Source of the DNA: Macrostomum lignano
Taxonomy: Eukaryota
Direction of reading: 5' to 3'
Length of the DNA: 64,000 nucleotides
Assembly: GCA_002269645.1 (NCBI GenBank)
Contig: NIVC01002115.1
Span: 1 to 64,000, forward strand
The position numbers and the translations under genes are program-made. Positions 36,101 to 59,700 of the stretch are shown here, piece by piece. The notes beneath the pieces are model-generated. The model was given only the letters and a program-made list of their open reading frames with translations. It was not told the DNA's origin and ran no database searches. Each line of letters starts with the position of its first letter. Within the stretch, counting starts at the first letter, position 1.

Positions 36101-39100
36101 CATGGTGGCTCCTTTATGTTTGACATGGTGGCTGTTTTAAGTTTGACATGGTGGCTCTTTTTTGATTGACATGGTGGCTCCTTTATGTTTGACATGATGG
36201 CTCTTTTATGTTTGACATGGTGGCTCTTTTATGTTTGACATGGTGGCTGTTTTATGTTTGACATGGTGGCTCTTCTATGTTTGACATGGTGGCTCTTTAA
36301 TGTTCTACATGGTGGCTCTCTTATGTTTGATTCGGGTTTTTTTTAATGTCTGACATGGTGTCCCTTTATTGTTTGACATAGTGGCTCTTTTATGTTTGAC
36401 ATGATGGCTCTTTAATGTTCGACATGGTGGCTCTTTAATGTTTGACATGGTGGCTCTTTAATGTTTGACCTGGTGGCACCTTAATGTAATGATGGCTCTT
36501 TAATGTTTGAAATGGTGGCTCTTTAATGTTCGACATGGTGGCTCCTTTATGTTTAACATGGTGCTCTTAAATGTTTGACATCGTGGCTCTTTAATGTTTG
36601 ACATGGTGGCTCTCTAGTGTTTCACATGGAGTCACGTCTGTGTTTGACATGGAGTCACGTATATATTTGGCATGGAGTCACGTATATGCTTTTCATGGTG
36701 GCTCTTTTATGTTTGACATGGTGGGTCTTTAATGTTTGACATGGTGGCTCTTTAATTTTTGACATGATGGCTCTTTAATGTTCGACATGATGGCTGTTTA
36801 ATGTTTGTTATGTAGTCATGTGTATATGTTTTACATGGTGGCTCTTTTATGTGTGACATGGAGTCACGTATATATTTGACATGGAGTCACATATATGTTT
36901 GACATGGTGGCTCTTTAGTGTTCGATATGGTGGCTGTTTAATGTTTGACATAGTGGCTATTTTATGTTTGACATAGTGGCTCTTTAATGTCTGACATGGT
37001 GGCTCTTTAATGTTTGACATGGTGGCTCTTTTATGTTCGACATGGTGGCTCTTTAATGTACGACATAATGGCTCGTTTATTTTCGACATGGTGGCTCTTT
37101 AGTGTTTGACATGGCTTTTTAATGTTTGACATGGTGGCTCTTTTATGCTTGACATGGTGGCTCTTTAACGTTCGACATGGTGGCTCTTTAATGTTTGACA
37201 TGGTGGCTCTTTTATGCTTGACATGGTGGCTCTTTAATGTTTGACATAAAGTCACTTATACATGGTGTCTCTTAAATATTAGACATGGTGGCTCGTTTAG
37301 GTTTGACATGTTGGCTCTTTTATGTTTGACATGGTGGCTCTTTTATGTTCGACATGGTGGCTCTTTTTTGTTCTACATGGTAACTCTTTTATGTTTGATA
37401 CGGTGGCTTTTTAATATCTGACATGGTGGCTCATCTATGTTTGACATTGTGGCTCTTCTGTGTTTGACATGGTGGCTGTTTAATGTTTGACATGGTGGCT
37501 CTTTAATGTACGACATAATGGCTCGTTTAAGTTGGACATGGTGGCTTTTTAATGTTTGACATGGTAGCTCTGTTATGTTCAACATGGTGGCTCTTTTAGG
37601 TTTGACATGGTGGCTCTTAAATGTTTCACATGGTGGCTCTTAAATGTCTTACATGGTGGCTCTTTTATGTTTGACAATGTGGCTGTTTAATGTTTTACAT
37701 GGCGGCTCTTTTATGTTCGACATGGTGGCTCTTTAATGTTTGACATGCTAGCTCTTTAATGTTCGACATAGTGGCTCTTTTATGTTTGGCATGGTGGCTA
37801 TTTAATGTTCTTCATGGTGGCTCTTTTACGTTTGACATGGTGGGTCTTTAATGTTCGACGTGGTGGCTCTTTAATTTTCGAAATGGTGACTCTTTTATGT
37901 TTCACATGGTGGCTCTTTAATGTTTGACATAGAGTGACGTATATGTTTTACATGGTGCCCATGTAATGTTTGACATGGTGCCTCTTTTATGTTTGACATT
38001 GTGCTTTTTTATGTTTAGCAGTTTCGTGTTTTCAAGGTGTTTTAATAAAAAAATCTTTTTGCAGCACTAAGATTGGAACCCAGGTCGCTGCATTAGCAGT
38101 CCAGTCTGTTCGCATCTATGCTATCTCTTTTCAATTGGCGAACATGATTTGTGGCCCTTATAATTCAATGCTTACAGCAAGTTGGTTAGAGTAAAAAGTT
38201 ATGACATAATCAATTTCTTAGTCAGCCAGTATCAGTGTCAATTTAAGTTAGCAATATTGTTACGCAATTTCAATCAAGTTGTGTGTGCATTTCTTTGGCA
38301 CTGTTTTCAACTTGTTGTGATGCAATCTTTATCAGAATTGAAATTCAGTCAGTCAGTTTTTTCTCTAGCATTCTTACAATGCATTTCAGATCGAAAGAGC
38401 CGCTTGACCTTTGCAAAAAAGCCTGTTTTTCGAATATTTAATCCCTTTAATATTGAGCAATTTTTTAGCCAAGATGCATGTACCGTCCCAGGAAAATTTC
38501 TGATCGAATGGTGCAAGTTTGAAGAAAATCGGTTGAGCCATTTTTTCTGAAATCTATCGCATACCTACCCACATACATACAGACAACTCATTTTTAGTAT
38601 ATAGGAAGTTTTATTACACTTGTTTAAAATTTAAGCAAAGTTTTCTTGCCCTTTTAAGCTAAAAAATAATTGTATACACTTAGGAAATAAAAGATAGCCA
38701 AGCTAATCCAAGGATTTTTTTAAGAAACCACTATTTAATTTTTGGCACTAGTATACTTTAGTTAAAACTACTTATTGGTAGAATTTTTTATCTTACAAAA
38801 TGCACAATTTTCAAATATGTATGAAAATTAATTAGATTCATTGGATTACTTATTATTATTACAATTTTGTAACAAAAGTAAACTTAGAATAGAATTTGCA
38901 ACTAGACTCAGTGGCAGATCCAAGGATTTTTAAAGTAGGAGGACAGTCCTAAGCAGATTGGCCCCACTTTTTGGGTTGGCCCAAAATACACTCTAAATAA
39001 GCCAAGAATTGCAATACTCCCTCCTTATAGGCCTATACCAGTTCAGCTATGGCAAAAGAGGGGGAAGCCACCCCCATCCTTCTTTGTATCTGCCATTGAC

Positions 39101-39733
39101 TAGACTAGGCTTGTTATATAAACTAAGTTGAATTTTTATTAAAACTAAGTTGCAAGTTTAAATAATATAATTAATAAAAAACATTAAATATTATTAATAT
39201 TAATTATATCAAAATAAGATATTTAGATAGTTAATAACTAATTTGAAATATAACCAACAGGACATAATAGCTCTGTATACAAGTCTACTATGCTCTATAT
39301 TATGTAAAATGCATGCTAGAATACATGCTAGAAGGTAGGGCCTATTAATGCTGTCTTCTGGAGTGTAGACTGTCTTTTCAATGTGTATCTAAAATGAAAC
39401 TTTTAATGGCCCTCATCAGCCATGGCCAAAAAATCTGGCATATACTTTTTGGTTTGTAACTATGCAAGGCAAATTTTTCAATATTGGGTTGTAGTACTTG
39501 GTATAGTATACCTTGCCGCCCCCTTGAAAATTTTCTTGATCCGCCCCTGCTCTGCTGCCAATTTTTAAAATAGTTTTCTATGCAAACATGTCATACTTCT
39601 TTTTTCTGCTTCATATATGATAATATAATTGATCCACTTAGAAAGTTAATACCGATACCCGAAACATACACAATATATTAGCAATTAATTACCTGACTAC
39701 TTTGTTAGGGCGACGTGGATCATTTGGATTCAT
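33174..39733 (-). CDS. WDR83OS: Asterix / PAT complex subunit (small ER membrane protein)
   Basis: complement(join(33174..33447,39693..39733)) = 315 nt, 104 aa: [14 protein letters not shown]|[39 protein letters not shown]...[35 protein letters not shown]. This is the Asterix family signature. The 41-nt first exon was found by eye; the 6.2-kb intron is GT-AG, phase 2. Confidence 0.95.
33555..34145. repeat. GCTTAATGAGGATG-core array (Asterix intron)
   Basis: Reverse complement of the 41370-42505 unit. Confidence 0.95.
34640..34870. repeat. 18-19 bp CAGATAGCAAGCATCCCC array
   Basis: Tandem units visible. Confidence 0.88.
34985..38020. repeat. 23-bp TTTAATGTTTGACATGGTGGCTC minisatellite, 3 kb
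   Basis: About 130 diverged units in the Asterix intron. Confidence 0.98.
38061..38126 (-). mobile_element. Degenerate tRNA(Ser)-like sequence / SINE head
   Basis: Minus strand: GATAGCATAGATGCGAACAGACTGGACTGCTAATGCAGCGACCTGGGTTCCAATCTTAGTGCTGC. It has a degenerate A box, a GCT anticodon-loop-like ACTGCTAAT and a B-box-like GGTTCCAATC. The acceptor stem does not pair, so it is not a functional tRNA. Confidence 0.45.
38909..39098. mobile_element. hAT-type MITE (190 bp)
   Basis: Terminal inverted repeats CAGTGGCAGATCC ... GTATCTGCCATTG (11/13 match), flanked by a perfect 8-bp direct repeat ACTAGACT (38901-08 and 39099-106). Confidence 0.8.
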
Positions 39734-40702
39734 ATTTCAAGTCAAACGGTGTCTCAGTGTCTGCCGTGCGTGAAGTAATATGAAATCAAGATTTAACTCC
39801 GTTCAAACAAGCTAATTTTAGAGACCTATATAGTAACAAAGATTTTAGAATCTGTGCCACTCTCGAATTGATAAAGCACAATGGTCGATAGGACGATGTG
39901 TCGATGGGATAGTAATTTCAGGAAAATGAAATATTCAACGCCCTTGGATTAAATTCTTCCGCTCGCAACGTAAACAAATTTGTTAGTAAAACAAAGTCTA
40001 AAAATTTCTGGTAAAACATACGGCTTTTATTGTAATTATGCTTCGTATATTTTTTTAAAACTCTTGGAATTTATTTTATAAATTAGATATTTCATTCTTT
40101 TTTACTCTTTGCGTGGTGAAGTACATGTACATAACTGCTGATAAGTATTAAACCTTAAACATTGATATATAGGAGTTACTACGTAATCATATCTCTTAAC
40201 ACTTAAAGAGACAAACGAAATTTTCAAACTAATGAAATAGTTTGAATTGAAATAGTTTTGAATCCAAATGAATAAAGATAGTGAAATATCTCTGAAATAG
40301 AATAGTCTGTGGAACTGAAGAAACACTCATTTATTTTGTACTTTAGAGGCTATTATTATTGGCTGACTGGACGCGGATTGAAATTCAAAATACGTACACT
40401 TACACATGCGTATCATGTTTTCAATTTTATTTCACTTCCTTTAAGCAATGGTTCGTATTTCGAATTTTATTTTATTTTGTCCGCTAGAAATCGTAACTTT
40501 GCCTGAATATTGAATTGCTTTGCCTCGTGACATGACTAATAAGAAAGCACAATACAATCATCACAAAGAAAGGTATACAGTGTAAATATACATGTAGAAA
40601 GTAATTAACTCTAACTCATTTTTTCCATGTAGCTCGTAAATTTTTCGTAGGTCGTTGTGAAAATAAAAGCCGGCACATCACATGATTCTTTAAACTTCAA
40701 TT

Positions 40703-43313
40703 TTACAGCCGCACCGACTGTTCCCCGACCGTGTAGCCAACAGAGGAATACCTCGACGCGAATCCCTCCGTAACTGAGGTAGAAGATGAGCAGTCAGATC
40801 GTCGGCAGCATAAGGAGCGGCACAGAATTCGACCCACCGCCCGTCGATAGGCCCGATTTGTCCTCAGCAGCACCAGCCAGTTAGTCGCCTGACTGAGCAG
40901 CAGAGCAACTTGTCCCACGTCACCAATGTTAAACAGCATCCGCAGAAGGCGATCCTGACCTTCGCCAGCGAACAGCACGATGTACAGCACGTAGAACGCC
41001 GAGACGCAAACTGGCAGGGCGCAGATGAAAAACACCATCGACAGAGTCAGGACCGTCACCGACTGGCGGATCTCCTTCCGCGGGACATTGCCTGACATTG
41101 AGGACTGCAAGCTTCGACGATGGCGAAGGATTGATACAACACGGCGAAGTAGGATGCTGTTTAAGACCAGCAGGATCATAACCTGCGCGGGAGGATTAAA
41201 GGAAAATAAATTAACTTGCCGCGTTCTTTGAGACTAATCTAATCTACACTGTACTTTTTGCTTTTGAGCAACATAATAAAGTAGATATGATTTTTTGTAG
41301 TGGCTCCGTGTGTTGGTCACACTTCAGCACCCAATTCTTCTTCTAAAGCAACCTCATTCCCCTTAAGCATTCAATCCTTGTTAAGCACCTCATCCTCATT
41401 AAGCACCTCATCCTTATTTGACATCTCATCCTCCTTAAGCACCTCATCCTCATTAGGCACTTCCATTCTCATTAAACACCTCATTCTCATTAAGCACCCC
41501 ATCCTCATTAAGCACGCCATCCTCATTAAGCACCCCATCCTTATTAAGCACCCCATCCTCATTAAGCACCCAATCCTCATTAAGCACCCCATCCTCATTA
41601 AGCATTCCATCCTCATTAATCACCCCATCCTCATTAAGCACCCCATCCTCATTAAGCACCCATCCTCATTAAGAATTCCATCCTCATTAAGAATTCCATC
41701 CTCACTAAGAATCCCATCCTCATTAAGAATTCCATCCTCACTAAGAATCCCATCCTCATTAAGAATTCCATCCTCACTAAGAATCCCATCCTCATTAAGA
41801 ATTCCATCCTCACTAAGAATCCCATCCTCATTAAGAATTCCATCCTCATTAAGCACCCATCCTCATTAAGCACCCCATCCTTACCAAGCACCACATCCTT
41901 ATTAAGCACCCCATCCTCATTAAGAATTCCATCCTCATTAAGAATTCCATCCTCATTAAGCACTCATCCTCATTAAGCATTCCATCCTCATTAAGCACTC
42001 ATCCTCATTAAGAATTCCATCCTCATTAAGCACTCATCCTCATTAAGAATTCCATCCTCATTAAGCACTCATCCTCATTAAGCATTCCATCCTCATTAAG
42101 CACCTCACCCCATCCTCATTAAGCACCCATCCTCATTAAGCACCCATCCTCATTAAGCACCCATCCTCATTAAGCACCCCATCCTCATTAAGCACCTCAC
42201 CCCATCCTCATTAAGCATTCCATCCTCATTAAGCACCTCACCCCATCCTCATTAAGCACCCATCCTCATTAAGCATTCCATCCTCATTAAGCACCTCACC
42301 CCATCCTCATTAAGCATTCCATCCTCATTAAGCACCCCATCCTCATTAAGCACCTCACCCTATCCTCATTAAGCACCCCATCCTCATTAAGCACCTCACC
42401 CCATCCTCATTAAGCATTCCATCCTCATTAAGCACCCCATCCTCATTAAGCACCTCACCCCATCCTCATTAAGCATTCCATCCTCATTAAGCACCCATCC
42501 TCATTCCGCTTAAGCGCCCCTGAGAATGGATGAGAACAAATGCAGCTACCAAAAACATCGCCACAAAAACAGCAGTTACAAGAGCTCAAAAAAGCAAATG
42601 AAAAGGCCAAACAAAACCTGCAGCATTGGTGGCTGGCTAATCAAAGCCGCATGCACGGTCATCCACATCTGCAGTCGTCTGCCAAAGTGCGGCACCGGCA
42701 AGCACGCGATTTTCCCTCCGCTGTCTGGCGCCGAATACCAGCCGTAGAGCGCTGGAAAAGGCGCGCACAGCGCCACAGATGCTGCGCCAACGCCGGCACA
42801 GCATCGCCAAGCTGCGCGCGAGCCGAACTGACGAAATCGAAAAGGAAATTTCAGCGCCAGAACTCGATCGATAGCCATGGCTAGAAACAGATTAGCGGCT
42901 AGGCAGTGCGCCAGATTGTGAGCCAGACGGAAACATCGACAAGCGGCGTCGCTGGCGTTCATGACGAAATAGCCGAGTTGGCCGCGGGAGAGCCATGGCA
43001 AACCCTTGGCCGGGAACTGCCAGCCGAGACCCCAGATTAACAGATTAGCGCTATCAGCTGCGGCCATTGCAGTCAAATAAACACTTTGCCGACTTGAAGG
43101 TTGAATAACGCTTAAAAATGTATAGACAATCAGAGCGTTGCCTAGGAGACCAACAATGCTAATTAGTGGAGCTAAGAATGCATCAAGAGCGCCTAAGATT
43201 GTTGAAGCGATGCAGAACGGCTGCATGGAGGTGTCGTTTGAGGCGCAGTCGCGAAGTAGATCCGTGAGAGAGTCTAAAAACTGCAGACTACTGCCGTTGC
43301 GGCTGGTGTCCAT
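40703..43313 (-). CDS. Orphan rhodopsin-like (class A) GPCR, peptide-receptor type
   Basis: complement(join(40703..41182,42618..43313)), phase-0 GT-AG intron, about 391 aa. TM1 IVGLLGNALI, TM2 YLTAMAAAD, TM3 MAIDRVLALKFP, TM6 MVFFICALP, TM7 LLSQATNWLVLLRTNRAYR. Confidence 0.85.
41370..42505. repeat. 17-22 bp CATCCTCATTAAGCACCC array (GPCR intron)
   Basis: Fills about 80% of the intron. Confidence 0.97.
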
Positions 43314-43384
43314 TGACTGCGGCGCTGCGGTGTCTGTGAAGGATTAGGTGAAATATACTGACTGACAGGCTGGAGCTTGGATCT

Positions 43385-43990
43385 TTAACAGGTAAATCTA
43401 CCTGTATAACAGGTGAAGATACCTGCCTAACAGGTTAAGATACCTGTCAAACAGGTTAAGATACCTGCCTAACAGGTTAAGATACCTGCCAAACAGGTTA
43501 AGATACCTGCCAAACAGGTTTAGATACCTGCCTAACAGATTTAGATACCTGCCTAACAGGTTAAGATACCTGCCTAACAAGTGAAGATACCTGCCTAACA
43601 GGTTAAGATACCTGCCTAACAAGTGAAGATACCTGCCTAACAGGTGAAGATACCTGCCTAACAGGTGAAGATACCTGCCTAACAAGTGAAGATACCTGCC
43701 TAACAGGTGAAGATACCTGCCTAACAGGTGAAGATACCTGTCAACAGGTGAAGATATCTGTCTCTAACAGGTTAAGATACCTGCCTAACAGGTGAAGATA
43801 CCTGCCTAACAGGTGAAGATACCTGTTTCTAACAGGTTAAGATACCTGCCTAACAGGTTAAGATACCTGCCTAACAGGTGAAGATACCTGCCTAACAAGT
43901 GAAGATACCTGCCTAACAAGTGAAGATACCTGCCTAACAGGTGAAGATACCTGTCTCTAACAGGTGAAGATACCTACATAACAGGTGAAG
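43385..43990. repeat. 21-bp AACAGGTGAAGATACCTGCCT array
   Basis: About 28 units upstream of the GPCR start codon. Confidence 0.97.
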
Positions 43991-44647
43991 ATAACTTGTC
44001 TTGTAGATAATCGTAGAACAAACTTACAGGTATGTATTTATCCAACAGGATCTAACACGCCTTCCTTCCACGCATATTAATTAAGAGTTTAGTCTTTTAT
44101 ATATAGAAGATGGAATTGTCTTTAACTCGGATAGGTTAATAGCTCATAATACTATTGGATTAGACTCTTGATAATCTTGATTGTACTCATATCAATCAAC
44201 ACTTTCAGCCCCTAAAGCTTCCAAAATTTTCATGACCATTGTTTTACGCTATTTGCTCAAACTTGAATGCCTGCGTTTATTGTTGTTATAAATTTTATTG
44301 GCAGTCGAAACAGGCCAGTTGATGGCAGATAATTAGAAGCAATATTATTGTCAATCATTTTCTTGCGTTCATTGCTCTTCAGTACGAGTTTGCGTGTAGT
44401 TTAGATTTTTCGATTATTTTTTTCACGTAACTTACTAAAAGTAGTGACGTACGATTGATTTTTTGATACTATATTTATTTACTAGACTATATTTGATACT
44501 ATATCTATATTTAAATATAATTAAAAAAAATATTTCTGTGTGCTGCAGCTAGCTGACGTTGAAGATATTGTAGGTGCTCTAGGGGTTACCAGTTCTGAAG
44601 AAACAGTGGGCATCAGTTCTGAAGGCCCTGAGGCCCTGAAGGAACTG

Positions 44648-47165
44648 AACACAAGGCCATGGACACAAGATCATGGACACAAGATCATGGACACAAGATC
44701 TTAGACACAAAACATTTGACATAGGACTAAGGACACAAGACCATAGACACAAGACCATAGACACAAGAACATGGACACAAGACCATGGACACAAGACCAT
44801 GGACACAAGACCATGGACACAAGACCATGGACACAAGACCACAGATTGGACACAAGACCATGGACACAAGACCATGGACACAAGACCATGGACACAAGAC
44901 CATGGACACAAGACCATGGACTCAAGACCATAGATTAAGCACAAGACCATGGACACAAGACCACAGATTGGACACAAGACCATGGACACAAGACCATGGA
45001 CACAAGACCATGGACACAAGACCATGGAAACAAGACCATAGAAACAAGACCATGGACTCAAGACCATAGATTGGGCACAAGACCATGGACACATGACCAT
45101 GGACACAAGACCATGGACACAAGACCATGGACACAAGACCATGGACACAAGACCATGGACACAAGACCATGGACACAAGACCATGGACACAAGACCATGG
45201 ACACAAGACCATGAACACAAGACCATGGACACAAGACCATAGATTGGACACAAGACCATAGATTGGACACAAGACCATAGACACAAGACCATAGATTGGA
45301 CACAAGACCATAGACACAGGACCATAGACACAGGACCATGGACAGAAGACCATAGACACAAGACCATAGACACAAGACCATGGACACAAGACCATAGACA
45401 CAAGACCATAGATTGGACACAAGACCATGGACAGAAGACCATAGATTGGACACAAGACCATGGACACAAGACCATGGACACAAGACCATGGACACAAGAC
45501 CATGGACACAAGACCATGGACACAAGACCATAGAAACAAGACCATGGACTCAAGACCATAGATTGGGCACAAGACCATGGACACATGACCATGGACACAA
45601 GACCATGGACACAAGACCATGGACACAAGACCATGGACACAAGACCATAGACACAAGAACATGGACACAAGACCATGGACACAAGACCATGGACACAAGA
45701 CCATGGACACAAGACCATGAACACAAGACCATGGACACAAGACCATAGATTGGACACAAGACCATAGATTGGACACAAGACCATAGACACAAGACCATAG
45801 ATTGGACACAAGACCATAGACACAGGACCATAGACACAGGACCATGGACAGAAGACCATAGACACAAGACCATAGACACAAGACCATAGACACAAGACCA
45901 TAGACACAAGACCATAGATTGGACACAAGACCATGGACAGAAGACCATAGATTGGACACAAGACCATGGACACAAGACCATAGACACAAGACCATAGACA
46001 CAAGACCATAGACACAAAACCATAGACACAAGACCATGGACACAAGACCATAGACACAAGACCATAGACACAAGACCATAGACACAAGACCATAGACACA
46101 AGACCATAGACACAAGACCATTGATTGGACACAAGACCATGGACACAAGACCATAGACACAAGATCATAGACACAAGACCATAGACACAAGACCATAGAC
46201 ACAAGACCATAGACACAAGACCATAGATTGGACACAAGACCATGGACACAAGACCATAGACACAAGATTATAGACACAAGACCATAGACACAAGACCATA
46301 GACACAAGACCATAGACACAAGACCATAGACACAAGACCATGGACAGAAGACCATAGATTGGACACAAGACCATGGACACAAGACCATAGACACAAGACC
46401 ATAGACACAAGACCATAGACACAAAACCATAGACACAAGACCATAGACACAAGACCATAGACACAAGACCATAGATTGGACACAAGACCATGGACACAAG
46501 ACCATAGACACAAGATCATAGACACAAGACCATAGACACAAGACCATAGACACGGGGGGCCGTAGCCCAGCGGTAGCGCAGCTGCTCTGGTGTGCCGCGA
46601 CCCAGGCTCGATTCCAAGTGCAGCCACATTAATTTGGGGCTGGATTGGAATCTTGGCTTGGCTCGCTTGTGCAATTAACGGCCTTGAGAGCCAACCCCCC
46701 AAGGCGCAGTGAAGTGTACATGCCTAACAATTGTTAAAGTTAGGGCCGCTGTACACTCCTGTGTGAGTGTGTGCCTGCGTAACGTATCCGCGCGCTTGTA
46801 TGCCTGCTCAGGGGAGTCGGCGGAATGGGCAGTAATGCCTCTCGCCGGTTGTGTGCCTATGACGCTTAAATTGCGCCAGGGTGCACACAACCCCCCTGCC
46901 TCTAATAAAAAAAAGACCATAGACACAAGATCATAGACACAAGACCATAGATTGGACACAAGACCATGGACACAAGATCATAGACACAAGACCATAGACA
47001 CAAGACCATAGATTGGACACAAGACCATAGATTGGACACAAGACCATAGACACAAGACCATAGACACAAGACCATAGACACAAGGCCATATACACAAGAC
47101 CATGGACACAAGACCATGGACACAAGACCATAGACACAAGACCTCAGACACAAGACCTCAGACAC
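44648..47165. repeat. 14-bp GACCAT(A/G)GACACAA array, interrupted by a SINE
   Basis: Units run 44648-46553 and 46915-47165. Confidence 0.98.
46554..46914 (+). mobile_element. tRNA-derived SINE (about 360 bp) inserted in a minisatellite
   Basis: Starts GGGGGGCCGTAGCCCAGCGGTAG; A box TAGCCCAGCGG 46563-73, B box GGCTCGATTCC 46605-15; ends AATAAAAAAAA. The 14-bp array resumes in register after it. Confidence 0.8.
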
Positions 47166-47424
47166 CATGTCAACGTGAACTGGTCACCACAGCATTACCT
47201 GAGCGGTTAGAAATGTTGTACCAGCCTCCTCAATCCGCACTCCAACCCCTGGTCTCAGTGAGCAATGTGCGGTAACAATCCAGCCTAGATAAGGCTCCAA
47301 TTAGCTAGCTCCACCACCCCATCACCCCTCGCGCGCATTGTTTCGTCTCTAATTGGCTGGCCACATCTGCTCGGAAATGGAGCCAAATCTTTAGCGATAA
47401 AAGCTGCTGTAGGAATCTGCACCG

Positions 47425-47500
47425 TCTGATTCTCATCTGATTCTCATCTGATTCTCGTCTGATTCTCGTCTGATTCTCGTCTGATTCTCGTCTGATTCTC
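47425..47500. repeat. 11-bp GATTCTC(A/G)TCT array
   Basis: About 7 units just upstream of RREB1-B exon 1. Confidence 0.9.
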
Positions 47501-47535
47501 ATCCGCCTCTTTGAACACATTGACTGCAAGGAGCG

Positions 47536-58302
<10,767 letters not shown>

Positions 58303-58691
58303 TTGAGTCAACTCGGTTGCTATGGTGATTTTGCAAATCCAGATACTTCTCAGCTCCTAAAGTCATCCCCCGCAATTTTTTGTTATAGAAACTTTCTTGA
58401 TTAATATTTTTGAGCGTTATTACATCAAACGTTCCACTTCTACTACTGAGAAGAGGGTTTTTTGATAATTACGTTCACTAAATTGATAATTTGCTGGCTG
58501 ATATACTAAATTTCCTGCAATTGCTAATAGGATCGAGCTACTATGTACATGTAGTTGTAGTTTTTATGTACAAGTGAACATGTCATTTTTATGATTGTTT
58601 TTACCAATAGACCTACTATACCTATTCAATACTTGCTAAGAAGTCTAACGTATTATTTGTTCGGCTTGTTTGTTATCTGTACATATAATTC

Positions 58692-58822
58692 AATAAAAAA
58701 TTTTTCGGATTAACTACATGTACATGCGCAATTTCATACCTATAATTTCATATCGCATATACGAGTACTACATGTAACTCATGTTTGATAGTAAACGAAT
58801 TTGTTTTAATTAAATCAATAAA
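58692..58822 (+). terminator. Candidate polyadenylation signals of RREB1 paralog B
   Basis: AATAAA at 58692 and 58817, 390-520 nt after the stop codon in AT-rich sequence. Confidence 0.4.
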
Positions 58823-59084
58823 TAAAAAGTTTGTGAATTTTTATAGCATACTTAAGTTTGATGAATTTGCTTTCGAGGCTGCACGGATATTGAGATAGCA
58901 TCCTAACTCAAAATTAGGATGAAAAAATAATTAGAATTGTCTCCAGAGTATACAACATGCACATAAACATATGCCATCTTTAACCACAGCTAGTTTCCAT
59001 GTACTGCCTATATAACTCGTAAGAGTGTATGGTCCGCTCGACAACAAGGCATGTTTGGTTGATAGGGCACCGGCAATCACAATT

Positions 59085-59700
59085 ACTCATTTTGGCATTC
59101 ACAATGGTCATTTTAGCATTCACATTGGTAATTTTGGCATTCACATTGGTAATTCTGGCATTCACATTGGTAATTCTGGCATTCACAATGGTCATTTTAG
59201 CAATCACAATGGTAATTTTGGCATTCACAATGGTAATTTTAGCATTCACAATGGTAATTTTGGCATTCACAATGGTCATTTTAGCATTCACAATGGTAAT
59301 TTTGGCATTCACAATGGTCATTTTGGCAATAACAATTAGTCATTTTGGCATTCAAAAAACTCATTTTGGCATTCGCAATACTCAATTTAGTTTTCACAAT
59401 GCTCATTTTGGCATTCACAACATTCAATTTGGCATTCACAATACTCAATTTAGTATTCACAATGCTCACTTTGGCATTTACAACATTCAATTTGGCCTTC
59501 ACAATACTCAATTTAGTATTCACAATGCTCATTTTGGCATTCACAACATTCAATTTGGCATTCAAAATACTCAATTTAGTATTCACAATGCTCATTTTGG
59601 CATTCACAACACTCAATTTGGCATTCACAATACCCATTATGGCATTCAGAATGGTCATTTAGGCATTCACAATGTGTTATTTTAGCATTCACAATGTTGA
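59085..59700. repeat. 21-bp CATTCACAATGGTAATTTTGG array
   Basis: Two sub-domains of variant units. Confidence 0.95.

Noticed and set aside
38061-38126. Functional tRNA-Ser gene
   Set aside because: Acceptor and D stems do not pair and the B box is mutated; kept only as a SINE-head candidate.
38480-38610. Possible Helentron/DINE-like terminus
   Set aside because: Resemblance is from memory only and I could not define termini.
44579-46553. Cys/Trp-rich 543-556 aa ORFs
   Set aside because: Translations of the 14-bp array.
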